This document shows positions 20,111 to 30,276 of a stretch of DNA of 64,000 bases, piece by piece (positions within the stretch are counted from its first letter, which is position 1; the number at the start of each line of letters is the position of its first letter). Source of the stretch: Candidatus Micrarchaeota archaeon (GTDB lineage: Archaea; Micrarchaeota; Micrarchaeia; Anstonellales; Bilamarchaeaceae); the NCBI GenBank assembly GCA_043812915.1, contig JBDRLQ010000020.1:1-64000 (forward strand). The letters run 5' to 3'. Made by a program: the position numbers and the translations under genes. The notes under the pieces were generated by a model, which was given only the letters and a program-made list of their open reading frames with translations, searched no databases and was not told the origin of the DNA.

Positions 20111-21508
20111 CTACCTTTCGATGTATTTTATTCCCTTAGAAAGAGCCCGCCTTCTGAGCGCTGCTGCTTTTTTCTTCTCTTGCTCCAAAAGCTTTTTAAC
20201 GCTATTCGGAGACACGTATTTCCATTTTTTGAGCGCCTCGGCCAATTCCTTGTGCGTTTTTGCGTATTTCGGCAGCGGAATGCCCTCCATTGCTGCCTGT
20301 ACTGCCTGCAGCATCGCAGTCGCGCCTGCCCTGGTCCCCTTCGGATGGCCGTGGATCCCCCCGCCTGCCTGCACATTGACATCATTGCCGTGCAGCGCCA
20401 GAAGGGGCTCAATTATCCCAACCCCGACCCCCCCAGAGGCGACCGGCATCATCGGGGCTATCCCGCTGTCCCATTCGGTCTTCATGATGCCGACATAAAG
20501 CTTGTCCTCCATCCTGTCCTTTACCGCCAAATCATGGAGCGCCTTGATGTAGAGCGGGCTGCCCTCCATCTTCCCCACGCCGGTTCCGATGTGGAGCTGG
20601 TCCACTCCTATTAGCCTGTAGAATTTCTGATGTATCGTATAGCTGACGCCGAATTCCCCGCGCGACTCGGCCGCGAATCCTGCCCTGTGCGCGTGCATCA
20701 TGAAGCCATCCCTCCTCAACTGGTCCACGATGTCCTGCATCGCCGAGTATCCCATGATGAAGACGTCAATCATTGCCATCCTGGCATCCTGGGATATCAG
20801 GAAATCCCTTCTCATTAGCATGTTGTTGTAGCTGTCTGTAATATTGGGGGAATACAGCACCTTCCTTCCTGTCTCATCCTCGACCTTGTCGATTACTTCA
20901 AACATCTCCATGACCCGGTCCTCGAACGGACAGAACCTCTGGTTGACGAGGTTCTCATCGTCCTTGACGAAGTCGCAGCCTCCCATATAAGCCTCATACG
21001 CAACTTTCGCGAATTCCCGTGGCGAGAGCCCGACCTTGGGCTTGACTATAGTCCCGATGTGCGGGCGCCTGGATTTCCCTGTGCCGACATATTTCCTTAC
21101 GCCTTCAAGGCCGTGGCCCGGACCGAGATACTGCTGCTGGAACCTTTTTGGGAATGTGATATCAAGAGCAATCAGGGATTTGAGCTCCTTCAAACCGAAT
21201 ACGTTTCCAAGGACCGATGCCTGGAACTGCAGCATGTTCCTTGCGTCAAAATGCTCGAACGGATACGCAATCCATACAAGCCCTGATTTCTTCGTCACTT
21301 TGGCTATCTTGAAGACTCTTGCCCGCAGGTCCCATACTCTCTTATTCATGGTCCCGAGCTTTGTCCAGGTCCCGATGCTGGATTCTGCGGCAAGCGCCTC
21401 GGCCAGTTTCTCTATAGGGTCATCGCCCTCCACCCAGAAAAGAGCAATAAAATCATCTTTTCCAGGCTCATATTTCCTGTCCAGATAGGAATATCCGCCG
21501 TAAGCCAT
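20111..21508 (-). CDS. rbcL: RuBisCO large subunit, form III-type
   Basis: 'AESSIGTW', 'GTIVKPKVGL', catalytic 'DFVKDDEN', 'HAHRAG', 'GKMEG', 'ASGG', 'QAGGGIHGHP'. Confidence 0.92.
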   Translation of the reverse strand: MAYGGYSYLDRKYEPGKDDFIALFWVEGDDPIEKLAEALAAESSIGTWTKLGTMNKRVWDLRARVFKIAKVTKKSGLVWIAYPFEHFDARNMLQFQASVLGNVFGLKELKSLIALDITFPKRFQQQYLGPGHGLEGVRKYVGTGKSRRPHIGTIVKPKVGLSPREFAKVAYEAYMGGCDFVKDDENLVNQRFCPFEDRVMEMFEVIDKVEDETGRKVLYSPNITDSYNNMLMRRDFLISQDARMAMIDVFIMGYSAMQDIVDQLRRDGFMMHAHRAGFAAESRGEFGVSYTIHQKFYRLIGVDQLHIGTGVGKMEGSPLYIKALHDLAVKDRMEDKLYVGIMKTEWDSGIAPMMPVASGGVGVGIIEPLLALHGNDVNVQAGGGIHGHPKGTRAGATAMLQAVQAAMEGIPLPKYAKTHKELAEALKKWKYVSPNSVKKLLEQEKKKAAALRRRALSKGIKYIER

Positions 21509-21574
21509 TGCTTCACCTTCGACCCATACTTCTCATCGAAAGCTATTTAATTGATATCATGCGAATTGCTATTT

Positions 21575-22072
21575 ATGAGGGGACAGTCTGCAATTGAATA
21601 TGTTGTCACTTACGGATGGGCAATCCTCGCGCTTGTAATAGTGCTGGGGGTGCTCCTTTCTTCCGGCGTTCTTTCCCCGACCTACCTTATTTCTGATGAG
21701 TGCAATGCTGGAACCAACCTTCCCTGCGCTTTCGCGATGTGGAATGAGGATGGGGCGACCCAGCTTAGCATGGAGCTCCACAACGGCTTCCCCTACGAAA
21801 TCCGGGTGAGGAGCATCAACCTCACTATGCCTGAGACTGGCGAGACATTCACTATCCGCACTCCCTTCCCGGTTGATGTTGAATCAGGCGAATCGATTGC
21901 GGTACGGGGAGCGTTCGATGGGGGGGAACTTCAAGAGAGTGGCTACGAGAGATTCTTCATCAGCATAGAATACGCTTCCTGCGCATCCGAGCTCCTTGAT
22001 GGTTCGGACTGCAGCGACTCCTTCCATGTTATAAGCGGAAGGTTGTCGGGCAAGGTCCTTCCTTCCGGGTAA
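21575..22072 (+). CDS. Class III signal peptide (archaeal pilin-like) protein
   Basis: 'MRGQSAIEYVVTYGWAILALVIVLGVL' prepilin cleavage motif. Confidence 0.85.
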   Translation: MRGQSAIEYVVTYGWAILALVIVLGVLLSSGVLSPTYLISDECNAGTNLPCAFAMWNEDGATQLSMELHNGFPYEIRVRSINLTMPETGETFTIRTPFPVDVESGESIAVRGAFDGGELQESGYERFFISIEYASCASELLDGSDCSDSFHVISGRLSGKVLPSG

Positions 22073-24445
22073 TCAGAGCACAGAGACGCTGAATTCCCCC
22101 TTAATTATCTCCACTTCCCTTATGCTGCTGACCGTCTGCAGTTCCGCAACCAGTTTTTCGTCCATCTCTTCAGGGAGCGCGAGCCTCACTTTCCCAAGCT
22201 CAGCATTCTGCGGCAGCTGGTTCCTTGCCTTGTGCTGCCTTATTTCCTTGACGATGTTGTTGAACACCTCCATCCTGGCGATGCTCGTTTCATCCACTTC
22301 CCCGGCTGATGGCCACTCGCTGGTGTGTATGCTCCGGTAAGCGCCCTGTTCGTCCCTGTGGAACAGGCCCTGATTGAGCTCCTCGCTTATGTGTGGCGTT
22401 ATTGGCGCAAGCAGCCTTATGCTTGTCTTCAGGACATTGTGCAGGCAGTGCTGCGCCGCGCGCTTGTCCTCTCCTTCCTGCTCCGAGTAGACCCTGTGCT
22501 TTACATACTCCAGGTAATTATCGCAGAAATCATGCCAGAAGAAGTTGTGCATCATCCTTATGGCGGAGTGGTACTCATAGTTTTCCATCGCCCGTGTGAA
22601 CTCGGTAACCAGCTGGCTGAGCCGGCCCATTATCCACCGGTCGGTTGTGCCGAGTGCTTTGGAATCCCCGTCTTTGGGCTGATATCCCTCAAGGCCCTTT
22701 TCCACGAACCTGGAGGCGTTCCACAGCTTTGTCAGGAAGCTCTTGGAGTACTTTATGTCCTCATAGCTGAACGGCCGGTCCTTTGCCATCGCGCCGCTCA
22801 TGGCGGCCCACTGCCTGATTGAATCAACCGGGTAATCCCGCTGCAGCTCTGCGGGCGATATTATGTTCCCGAGGGACTTGCTCATCTTCTTTCCGTCGGT
22901 TGCGAGCACGTTACCGTTAAGGAGGATGGTATCCCAGGGGGCGATTTTGCTTAGCGCCACCCCGCTACGGAAGATTGTGTAAAAGGCCCAGGTCCTGACA
23001 ATCTCCACTCCCTGCGGCCTGAGTGATGAAGGGTAAAGCCTTTCCATTCTCCTGGGCTCATCAGGCCACCCTGCGATTATCAGCGGGGTTATGCTAGAAT
23101 CCACCCAGCAGTCGCACGTGCTGGTCTCAGGGACCATGCTTCCCCCGCAACCGCACTTCCTTCCCCTGGCCTTCTCAGGGTAGAATGGCAGCTCAGATTC
23201 ATCCGCGGAGGCGGTCTTCCCGCATTTTTCGCAGTAGTAGAAGGGCAGTGGGGTCCCAAAGACCCTCTGCCTTGAAATCACCCAGTCCCATTCGACATTC
23301 TCCACCCAGTCAATCAGGTAGCTTATCCCGAATTCAGGGACCCATTTCACCCTGTTCGCCAGCTCCTTGATTTTGCCGGCGGTGCTCTTGATGTCTGCGA
23401 ACCACTGCAGCGAAGGGAGCAGCTCCACCGTGCGCTTGCACCGGTCATGCACCTTCACGGTCTGCTCAAGCGGCTCCTTCCTGATTATCTTCCCCTCGGC
23501 CTCAAGCTTCTCAAGCACTTTCTTCTTGGCATCCTCAACCTTCAGCCCGTCGAACTCGCCGGAGTTCTGAATCTTTCCATGCCTGTCTATAAGCTCAACC
23601 AGCGGGAGCTTGTGCCTGTGCATCCACACCACGTCCTGGCTGTCACCGAACGTGCAGACCATCACAAGCCCGGAGCCGAATTCCTTGTCAACATCCTTGT
23701 CAGCTAAAACAGGAACCTCTTTCCCAAGCGCGGTTCGCACCTTCTTTCCCTCAAGGCCCTTGTATCTCTCATCGGTAGGGTCGAAAAGGACCGCTACGCA
23801 GGCGGGCATGAGCTCTGGCCTTGTCGTCGCAATCACAAGCTCCTCCCCATCCGGGCCCTCGAATTTCACGTGGTTGAGCTGCCCGCTTTTTCCTACATCC
23901 TCAAGCTCGGCCTTCGCGACAGCCGAGACGCACTTGGGGCACCAGAAAACTGGATATTTGTCCCTGTAGATGAGCCTGTCCCCATACATCCTGATTAGCG
24001 AGTACTGCACTTTCCTATGATATTCCGGATCCATAGTGCGGTACTCATACTTCCAGTCCGGTGAGAATCCCATCTGGTTCATCTGGGATTTCATCCTGGC
24101 AATCATTTCTGTGCTGAACTCCACGCACTTCTGCCTGAACTGCTCGGGCGGAAGCCTCCCATGCTTCTTCTCGACCTTCACCTCGGTCGGGAACCCTTGG
24201 GTGTCCCATCCCTGCGGGTAGTATACGTTGAATCCTTTCATCCGCTTGTACCTCGCTGCAAAATCGAAGTAGCAGTACGAGAGCACGTGACCCATATGCA
24301 GCTCCCCGCTGGTAAATGGGGGTGGGGTATCAATGGAATAGATTGGCCTGTCAGTGTCATCCTCATTGAAGTTGTAGGTGCCGTTCTCCGCCCAGTAGGC
24401 CTGCCATTTATCCTCTATGGTCCTGTCATATCTTTGCTGGAGCAT
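22073..24445 (-). CDS. valS: Valine--tRNA ligase (archaeal type)
   Basis: 'IDTPPPFTSGELHMGH', 'IATTRPEL', 'DWVISRQR', KMSKS. Confidence 0.96.
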   Translation of the reverse strand: MLQQRYDRTIEDKWQAYWAENGTYNFNEDDTDRPIYSIDTPPPFTSGELHMGHVLSYCYFDFAARYKRMKGFNVYYPQGWDTQGFPTEVKVEKKHGRLPPEQFRQKCVEFSTEMIARMKSQMNQMGFSPDWKYEYRTMDPEYHRKVQYSLIRMYGDRLIYRDKYPVFWCPKCVSAVAKAELEDVGKSGQLNHVKFEGPDGEELVIATTRPELMPACVAVLFDPTDERYKGLEGKKVRTALGKEVPVLADKDVDKEFGSGLVMVCTFGDSQDVVWMHRHKLPLVELIDRHGKIQNSGEFDGLKVEDAKKKVLEKLEAEGKIIRKEPLEQTVKVHDRCKRTVELLPSLQWFADIKSTAGKIKELANRVKWVPEFGISYLIDWVENVEWDWVISRQRVFGTPLPFYYCEKCGKTASADESELPFYPEKARGRKCGCGGSMVPETSTCDCWVDSSITPLIIAGWPDEPRRMERLYPSSLRPQGVEIVRTWAFYTIFRSGVALSKIAPWDTILLNGNVLATDGKKMSKSLGNIISPAELQRDYPVDSIRQWAAMSGAMAKDRPFSYEDIKYSKSFLTKLWNASRFVEKGLEGYQPKDGDSKALGTTDRWIMGRLSQLVTEFTRAMENYEYHSAIRMMHNFFWHDFCDNYLEYVKHRVYSEQEGEDKRAAQHCLHNVLKTSIRLLAPITPHISEELNQGLFHRDEQGAYRSIHTSEWPSAGEVDETSIARMEVFNNIVKEIRQHKARNQLPQNAELGKVRLALPEEMDEKLVAELQTVSSIREVEIIKGEFSVSVL

Positions 24446-24664
24446 AATGAATACCTCTGAAAACAGGTATTGCTATTGTTGCAAATAGCTATAAAACGAT
24501 TTCACGCTGCCTTGGGCGGATAGCGTCCACCGATACTCCATCCTGCACGCTGAAAGTACCCATGCTGAGCATACTATCCGAGACTGCGGTAATCCCGAAG
24601 ACCTTGGCGAATATCAGAGCCCGGCAATTACAAATTTTTCGGAATTTTCTATCCAAAGCGCGGC

Positions 24665-25444
24665 TCAGTCGATCATCATCTTCTGCCCGTCCCTGGCGGC
24701 AACGGTCTTTACGCCCGTGGCATTCTCAATCCTCCTGGCCTCGGCTCCGGGGCCTGCGCGGAGCATCTTCAGCCCGAAGTGCGACAATACGCAAATCTTC
24801 GGCTTTGCGATTTTCAGCAGCTCCATGACATTCGAGGTCTCAAGATGGTCCGGTATCCCGTCTGAAGCTGGCTTCAGGCAGTTCACGACCAGGAAATCGC
24901 ATCCCCTTAGGCTCTCACCTAGCCCGTCGAAATAATTGGTGTCGCTGGTATATCCGATTACCTTCCCGCCAACGAACAGCTTGAAGCCGAACGCGGTCGG
25001 CTCGTCATGGTCGATCCTGATTATCTCTATCTCGAATTCCCCGAACTTTGTTGCGAATTTCTTCCTCTCCCCGTATTTCGCGGTGTACACCTCTTCCATG
25101 TGGCCCTGGTGGAACCTGTCCACCGCCCGGTCGCCATTGCTGTCCCCATCAATCACATGGCCGCTGCCTATGAGTATCCCCTTCTTCCTGAGGGCATACC
25201 CGCTCATCGCCTCGCACATAACCATGCCGTCGTTGGAATGATCCACATGGTCATGGGTAATGATGACTGCGTCCAGCTTCAACGGGTCCTGCCTGAACTT
25301 GTTGCTGCTAATGAGCGCGCCAGGGCCCGGGTCCACATGTATGTTTCCAGAAGAAGAATTTATCCTGAATCCGCCTGTCAGCCGGACCTGCTTTATCAGG
25401 TTTATCCGGCCGCCTCCGGTCCCAAGGAAAACTATTTCGACCAA
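24665..25444 (-). CDS. Metallo-beta-lactamase-fold hydrolase
   Basis: 'FLGTGGGR', 'DPGPG', 'THDHVDH' HxHxDH motif, 'YTSDT'. Confidence 0.9.
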   Translation of the reverse strand: MVEIVFLGTGGGRINLIKQVRLTGGFRINSSSGNIHVDPGPGALISSNKFRQDPLKLDAVIITHDHVDHSNDGMVMCEAMSGYALRKKGILIGSGHVIDGDSNGDRAVDRFHQGHMEEVYTAKYGERKKFATKFGEFEIEIIRIDHDEPTAFGFKLFVGGKVIGYTSDTNYFDGLGESLRGCDFLVVNCLKPASDGIPDHLETSNVMELLKIAKPKICVLSHFGLKMLRAGPGAEARRIENATGVKTVAARDGQKMMID

Positions 25445-25495
25445 TTGAGCACACCGGTAATAGGAATAAACGGCAAGCTCTAAATCCCTTCGGGT

Positions 25496-26392
25496 TCAGC
25501 CGACCATGCTGCAGAACTTGCATTCCTTCCCTGAAGAAGGCTCCCCGCACTTTTCGCAGATTGAAAATCTGGCCCCGGAATACTTCTGCCTAAGCGCGTC
25601 CTCAATCTCAATAAAACTCCCGACTACCTTGAACTTGGTGCCCGGGTGCCTCTCTTCGGTTTCATTGAGTATTTTCCGGATTTGGCTCCTGAAAGCTGCA
25701 TGGGCGTACGGGCATTCTATGTGCCTGATGTCAATCCCCTTGAGCATGGAGTACACAGCGATTTCTATCTCAGGGCTTTTCATGAGCGGCCTTATCCGCG
25801 GGACCATCCCGCCCTCATCGCCAGGATGATTGAGGTATCTTGCCAGCCTTGATGGCTCATTGCGCATGATATTCATCATCACTGTCTGGGCGACGTCATC
25901 AAGGTTGTGCCCGGTGGCCAGTTTGTCCGCGCCAACCTTCTTTGCCCCCCGGTTCAGCAGGTACCTCCTGACAACTCCGCAGTATGAGCAGGGGAGCTCG
26001 CCATTTTTGGATTTCACAATGGAATCAAGCGTCTTGCCCGCCTCCTTCCTGAACGAGAGCACTTCCAGCCGTATTCCAAGCTTCTTGCACTCGCTCTTGG
26101 CTACTTTCAGCGTGTCGGCCCGGTATCCCCTTATGCCCTCATCGATTGTCACTGCGACAAGCTCAAACGGCAAATCCTTCTGCAAATCATGCAGGCAGTG
26201 CAGCAGCACGCAGCTGTCCTTGCCCCCGGACAATCCAACCGCGACCCTCTCGCCCTTCTTAATCATGGAATGCTGGCGGACCGTGGTTCTCACTCGCTTG
26301 TCGAACATCCGCAGGAAATGCTTTTCACACAGATGCCTGTCCGCATAGGGAAGGAAAATTACGGCATATTCAGGACAGTGTGAGCATCTCAT
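25496..26392 (-). CDS. tRNA 2-thiolation enzyme, TtuA/Ncs6/TtcA family
   Basis: PP-loop 'SGGKDS', 'CSYC', 'ATGHNLDD', 'CPY'; N- and C-terminal Zn fingers. Confidence 0.9.
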   Translation of the reverse strand: MRCSHCPEYAVIFLPYADRHLCEKHFLRMFDKRVRTTVRQHSMIKKGERVAVGLSGGKDSCVLLHCLHDLQKDLPFELVAVTIDEGIRGYRADTLKVAKSECKKLGIRLEVLSFRKEAGKTLDSIVKSKNGELPCSYCGVVRRYLLNRGAKKVGADKLATGHNLDDVAQTVMMNIMRNEPSRLARYLNHPGDEGGMVPRIRPLMKSPEIEIAVYSMLKGIDIRHIECPYAHAAFRSQIRKILNETEERHPGTKFKVVGSFIEIEDALRQKYSGARFSICEKCGEPSSGKECKFCSMVG

Positions 26393-26395
26393 GTT

Positions 26396-26584
26396 TCAAC
26401 CGCCGAAAACTACCTTGATTATCTCTACGCTGTCCTCTGGCCCGACATTTATGGTTTCGGGTGCGAGCCTTCCATTCACTTTGATTACTACTTCTTCCCT
26501 GCTCGCCCCCAACTCCTTCAGGAGCTCGGAAACAGTCCCTTTGAACTGCATGGATTTCTTCATGTTGTCAAAAACAAGGTTCAT
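26396..26584 (-). CDS. ThiS/MoaD/SAMP ubiquitin-like sulfur carrier (TtuB-like)
   Basis: 62 aa ending 'VFGG'; directly upstream of the TtuA-family gene. Confidence 0.88.
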   Translation of the reverse strand: MNLVFDNMKKSMQFKGTVSELLKELGASREEVVIKVNGRLAPETINVGPEDSVEIIKVVFGG

Positions 26585-26616
26585 TATGTACTATCTCCGA
26601 AGAATAGAATATAAAA

Positions 26617-27135
26617 CTAGCTTAGGAAACCCTTCACCGGCTTTTTGCTCTCGGTTGTCCCTCTAGGAGCCTTCAGCGAAAGCCTCTCAGTCTTTTCATT
26701 CCTTCTCTTTCCAATTGCCTCTGCCAGTCTGTCGAATGCAAGCATGGCCACGCCCTCATCGACGCTTTGCGCCTTTGCAGGCTCCTTTTTCGGGAGCATC
26801 TGCTCTAGCTCACCAAGCTTCTCTACTGGCAAGTGTTTCACAAGTTCCAAAAGCACCTTCAATGCAATGCTGCTATTTGATTCATTATTAAGCATCTCAA
26901 GAAGCTCGGGCACTGGAGTGAGGCTTTTGATTTCCCCAAGGGCCTGTGCAGCCATAGATCTGGAGCCATTCCCCTCTTTAATCTCCTTCATGAGTGCTGG
27001 AACTGCCCTTTCACCTTCCTGCACGAGCATAAACCTGCCTATCACGTTCTCCCTTGGATTGGGGTCACGCAGCGAAGCCATTTGCCGTTCAATATGAGTA
27101 TCACTAATGCCATAAATTCCGTGTGGTAAACGCAT
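26617..27135 (-). CDS. HEAT-repeat protein
   Basis: 'GERAVPALM...AAQALGEIKSLTPVPELLEML' HEAT-like repeats. Confidence 0.65.
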   Translation of the reverse strand: MRLPHGIYGISDTHIERQMASLRDPNPRENVIGRFMLVQEGERAVPALMKEIKEGNGSRSMAAQALGEIKSLTPVPELLEMLNNESNSSIALKVLLELVKHLPVEKLGELEQMLPKKEPAKAQSVDEGVAMLAFDRLAEAIGKRRNEKTERLSLKAPRGTTESKKPVKGFLS

Positions 27136-27229
27136 GTGTGAATGTGTACTTGGAAATGTTTAAAAATCTTTTACCGGGCTCCATCTTTTAAGAATTCCCT
27201 GCGAGAAAAAGCGACAAGGTGAATTCCTG

Positions 27230-28465
27230 ATGGAGATTACAGCGGTATGGGCAAGGGAGATTTTGGATTCAAGGGGAAACCCCACAGTGGAGGTCGATGT
27301 CGTCACAGAACAGTCCTTTGGCTCGGCAGCTGCCCCCAGCGGCGCATCCACTGGAAAGCACGAGGCTGTTGAGCTCCGAGATGGCGAGAAGCGCTATGGC
27401 GGAAAGGGGGTGCGGCGCGCGGTGGAGAATGTCAGAAGCATCATCGCGCCCGGAATCATCGGCATGGATGTCACTGACCAGGCCGGAATAGACGAGAAGA
27501 TGAAGGAGCTCGACGGCACCCCGAACAAGGCGAAGCTTGGCGCAAATGCGATGGTGGCTGCCAGCATGGCCGCCTACCGCGCGGCAGCGGCCGGGGAAGG
27601 CAAGGCGGTATATGAGCGGCTTGGCGGGAATATCCTGCCGTACGCGATGTTCAACATCCTCAACGGCGGAAAGCACGCGGGCGGCAATCTCTCAATACAG
27701 GAATTCATGGTAATCCCGAACGCGGACCTGTTCACGGACAGGCTCGCGATGGCCAGCGAAATATACCATGCGCTTGGAAAAGGGCTGGTCAGGAAGTATG
27801 GCCAGGGCGCAAAGAATGTCGGGGATGAGGGCGGATTCGCGCCTCAGATAGCCAGCGCGCATGACGCTCTCGAGGCTATCAGCGCCGCGGTGGAGGAAGT
27901 CGGCTACAAGGACTATTGCGGTCTTGCGCTGGATTCGGCGGCAGACTCATTCTATGACGAGAAGGCCAAGGAGTACAATGTCGATGGCAAGAAGCTGGAT
28001 GAGGGCGAGCTGCTGGAATACTATGTTGAACTTACAAAGAAATACCGGATAGTGTCCATCGAGGATCCGTTCTATGAGGATAGCTTCGGGGCATTCGCCC
28101 AGCTCACCAAGAAGCTGGCCCCGAAAATACAGATTGTGGGGGATGATTTGCTAGTTACCAATGTGGAGAGGATAAAGACCGCAATCGAGCACAGGTCGGT
28201 AACTGCGCTTCTCCTGAAAGTGAATCAGATAGGGACTGTGACCGAGTCCCTGCAGGCTGCGCAGCTCTGCCGGGAGAATGGGATGAACGTCGTCGTAAGC
28301 CACCGCTCGGGGGAAACCTGCGATTCGTTCATAGCAGACCTGGCGGTGGGCCTGAACGCCGGGCAGATAAAGACCGGCGCGCCAGCCAGGGGGGAAAGGA
28401 CAGCGAAATACAACCAGCTTCTCCGGATTGAGGAGAAGCTTTTGCTGATGAGCCAAAAAACATAA
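27230..28465 (+). CDS. eno: Enolase
   Basis: 'REILDSRGNPTVE', 'PSGASTG', 'VGDEGGFAP', 'SHRSGET'. Confidence 0.97.
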   Translation: MEITAVWAREILDSRGNPTVEVDVVTEQSFGSAAAPSGASTGKHEAVELRDGEKRYGGKGVRRAVENVRSIIAPGIIGMDVTDQAGIDEKMKELDGTPNKAKLGANAMVAASMAAYRAAAAGEGKAVYERLGGNILPYAMFNILNGGKHAGGNLSIQEFMVIPNADLFTDRLAMASEIYHALGKGLVRKYGQGAKNVGDEGGFAPQIASAHDALEAISAAVEEVGYKDYCGLALDSAADSFYDEKAKEYNVDGKKLDEGELLEYYVELTKKYRIVSIEDPFYEDSFGAFAQLTKKLAPKIQIVGDDLLVTNVERIKTAIEHRSVTALLLKVNQIGTVTESLQAAQLCRENGMNVVVSHRSGETCDSFIADLAVGLNAGQIKTGAPARGERTAKYNQLLRIEEKLLLMSQKT

Positions 28466-28533
28466 CCTTCTAAAAGGTAATTCAAAAATATGATAACAAT
28501 TAAATCTACTTAATCGAATACCGAGTGGGCGAC

Positions 28534-30276
28534 ATGGCTGGACGGAAACCAAATCCTATGGATGCGAAAACCTACTACCAGACCGGCAATGATTATTATG
28601 AGAAAGCGGACTACGAGAAAGCCATCGAGAACTACAACATGGCGATTCTCCTCAACCCGGTCTTCTCAGAAGCCTACTTCAACAGGGCCCTTAGCTACTA
28701 CCAGCTCAAGAACTTCGACAAGTCCGTTGCTGATTATACAAAGTCGATGGAGTTCGACCCCCAGAATCCGATTATCTACAATAACAGGGGAGATGCGTTC
28801 TATAGGAAGCAGGACTTCCAGAGCGCGGTCAAGGACTACGACAAGGCAATCTCCCTCAATCCAAATTACCTCAAGGCCTTCTACAACCGGGGCCTCTCTT
28901 ACGCTTCCATTGAGGAATACGAGAAGGCGATAGAGGACTTCTCCAAGGTCATAGAAATCAAGGCCGATTTCGCCGAGGCCTACCACCTTCGGGGCCTGGC
29001 GTATGAGTATGCCGGCACCATGGCCTCGGCCATCGCGGATTATGAGAAGGCGCTGGAGCTGAACCCCGGCCTTGCAGAGGCCAAGACCCATCTTGAGAGC
29101 GCCAAGTCCAAGAAGGACCAGGATGGGAAAGGTGATGGGGGGGGAGACGGCAAGGGCACCACGGACATAAAGATGCTGCAGAAGCCGGACATGACCTTCG
29201 ATGATGTTGCCGGAATGAAGAAGATGAAGGACCAGATAAAGGAGTCCATCGTCTATCCGATGATGAATCCCGACCTTGCAAGGAAATACGGCAAGCTCGG
29301 GGGCGGGGGTATCCTGATGTATGGGCCTCCAGGGTGCGGAAAGACGTTCATCGTGAAAGCCGCGGCTGGTGAATGCCATTCGGGATTCATCAACGCGAAG
29401 CTTTCTGACCTGCTCGACATGTATGTCGGCAACACGGAAAAGAACATTCACAAGGTATTCGAGCTTGCGCGCACCAACACCCCATGCATGCTGTTCTTCG
29501 ATGAAGTTGATGCTATCGGAGGGAGGCGTGACCAGGGCGAGGGTGCCCAGTACATGAAGATGGCCGTCAACCAGATGCTTTACGAGATGGACGGTGTGGA
29601 AGCCAACAACCAGAACGTGCTGGTCATAGCGGCAACCAACGCGCCCTGGGATGTCGATCCTGCCCTGAGGAGGTCCGGCCGTTTCAGCAAGACGCTCTAC
29701 ATCGCAGAGCCGGATTACACATCAAGGGTCGCGATTCTAAAGCTCCACTCCACCAAGAGGCCAATTTCCAGGCTTATCCCATTCAAGCTACTTGGCATGT
29801 CCACGATTGGATATGCGTCTGCGGACCTGAAGGCCATCGTTGATGAGGCTGCAACATTCCCCTGGAAAGAGGCATTCTTCGGAATCCAGAAGAAGACCGA
29901 GGAGTTCATGAAGCAGGGGATGGAGGCCGAAAAGGCCAAAGAGCTTGCCAAGAAGCAGGTCAGGCAGCGCTCAATCACTTCTGGGGACTTCGTTAAGGCG
30001 ATGGTCAAGAAGAGGTCATCGCTTCCTCCCTGGTACGAGCAGGCCAAGAAGCAGATTGGAAAGCAGGAAGAGGTCACAATCATCGACGGAAAGGAGCACA
30101 AGAAAGTCACTGAGAGCAAGATGGGGCCTGGAGAGAAGGATGCATTCAAGGACCTCCTGGGGACAATCAACGGGAGGAACTCCTGGCATATGAAAATCTA
30201 CCTGGGCGCAATCCGTTTCCTGTCCATACTCCTGCTCAGGCTGTTCACACTCATTTTCGAGCGCCGGTTGGTATGA
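28534..30276 (+). CDS. TPR-repeat plus AAA+ ATPase (Cdc48/Vps4-like single AAA module) with a C-terminal hydrophobic helix
   Basis: Five TPRs; Walker A GPPGCGKT, Walker B 'FFDEVD', SRH 'ATNAPWDVDPALRRSGRF'. Confidence 0.85.
   Translation: MAGRKPNPMDAKTYYQTGNDYYEKADYEKAIENYNMAILLNPVFSEAYFNRALSYYQLKNFDKSVADYTKSMEFDPQNPIIYNNRGDAFYRKQDFQSAVKDYDKAISLNPNYLKAFYNRGLSYASIEEYEKAIEDFSKVIEIKADFAEAYHLRGLAYEYAGTMASAIADYEKALELNPGLAEAKTHLESAKSKKDQDGKGDGGGDGKGTTDIKMLQKPDMTFDDVAGMKKMKDQIKESIVYPMMNPDLARKYGKLGGGGILMYGPPGCGKTFIVKAAAGECHSGFINAKLSDLLDMYVGNTEKNIHKVFELARTNTPCMLFFDEVDAIGGRRDQGEGAQYMKMAVNQMLYEMDGVEANNQNVLVIAATNAPWDVDPALRRSGRFSKTLYIAEPDYTSRVAILKLHSTKRPISRLIPFKLLGMSTIGYASADLKAIVDEAATFPWKEAFFGIQKKTEEFMKQGMEAEKAKELAKKQVRQRSITSGDFVKAMVKKRSSLPPWYEQAKKQIGKQEEVTIIDGKEHKKVTESKMGPGEKDAFKDLLGTINGRNSWHMKIYLGAIRFLSILLLRLFTLIFERRLV

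Noticed and set aside
24490..24660. Possible small ORF or RNA between valS and the MBL hydrolase
   Set aside because: Only a ~55-codon TTG-started minus-strand frame with no motif and no convincing helices
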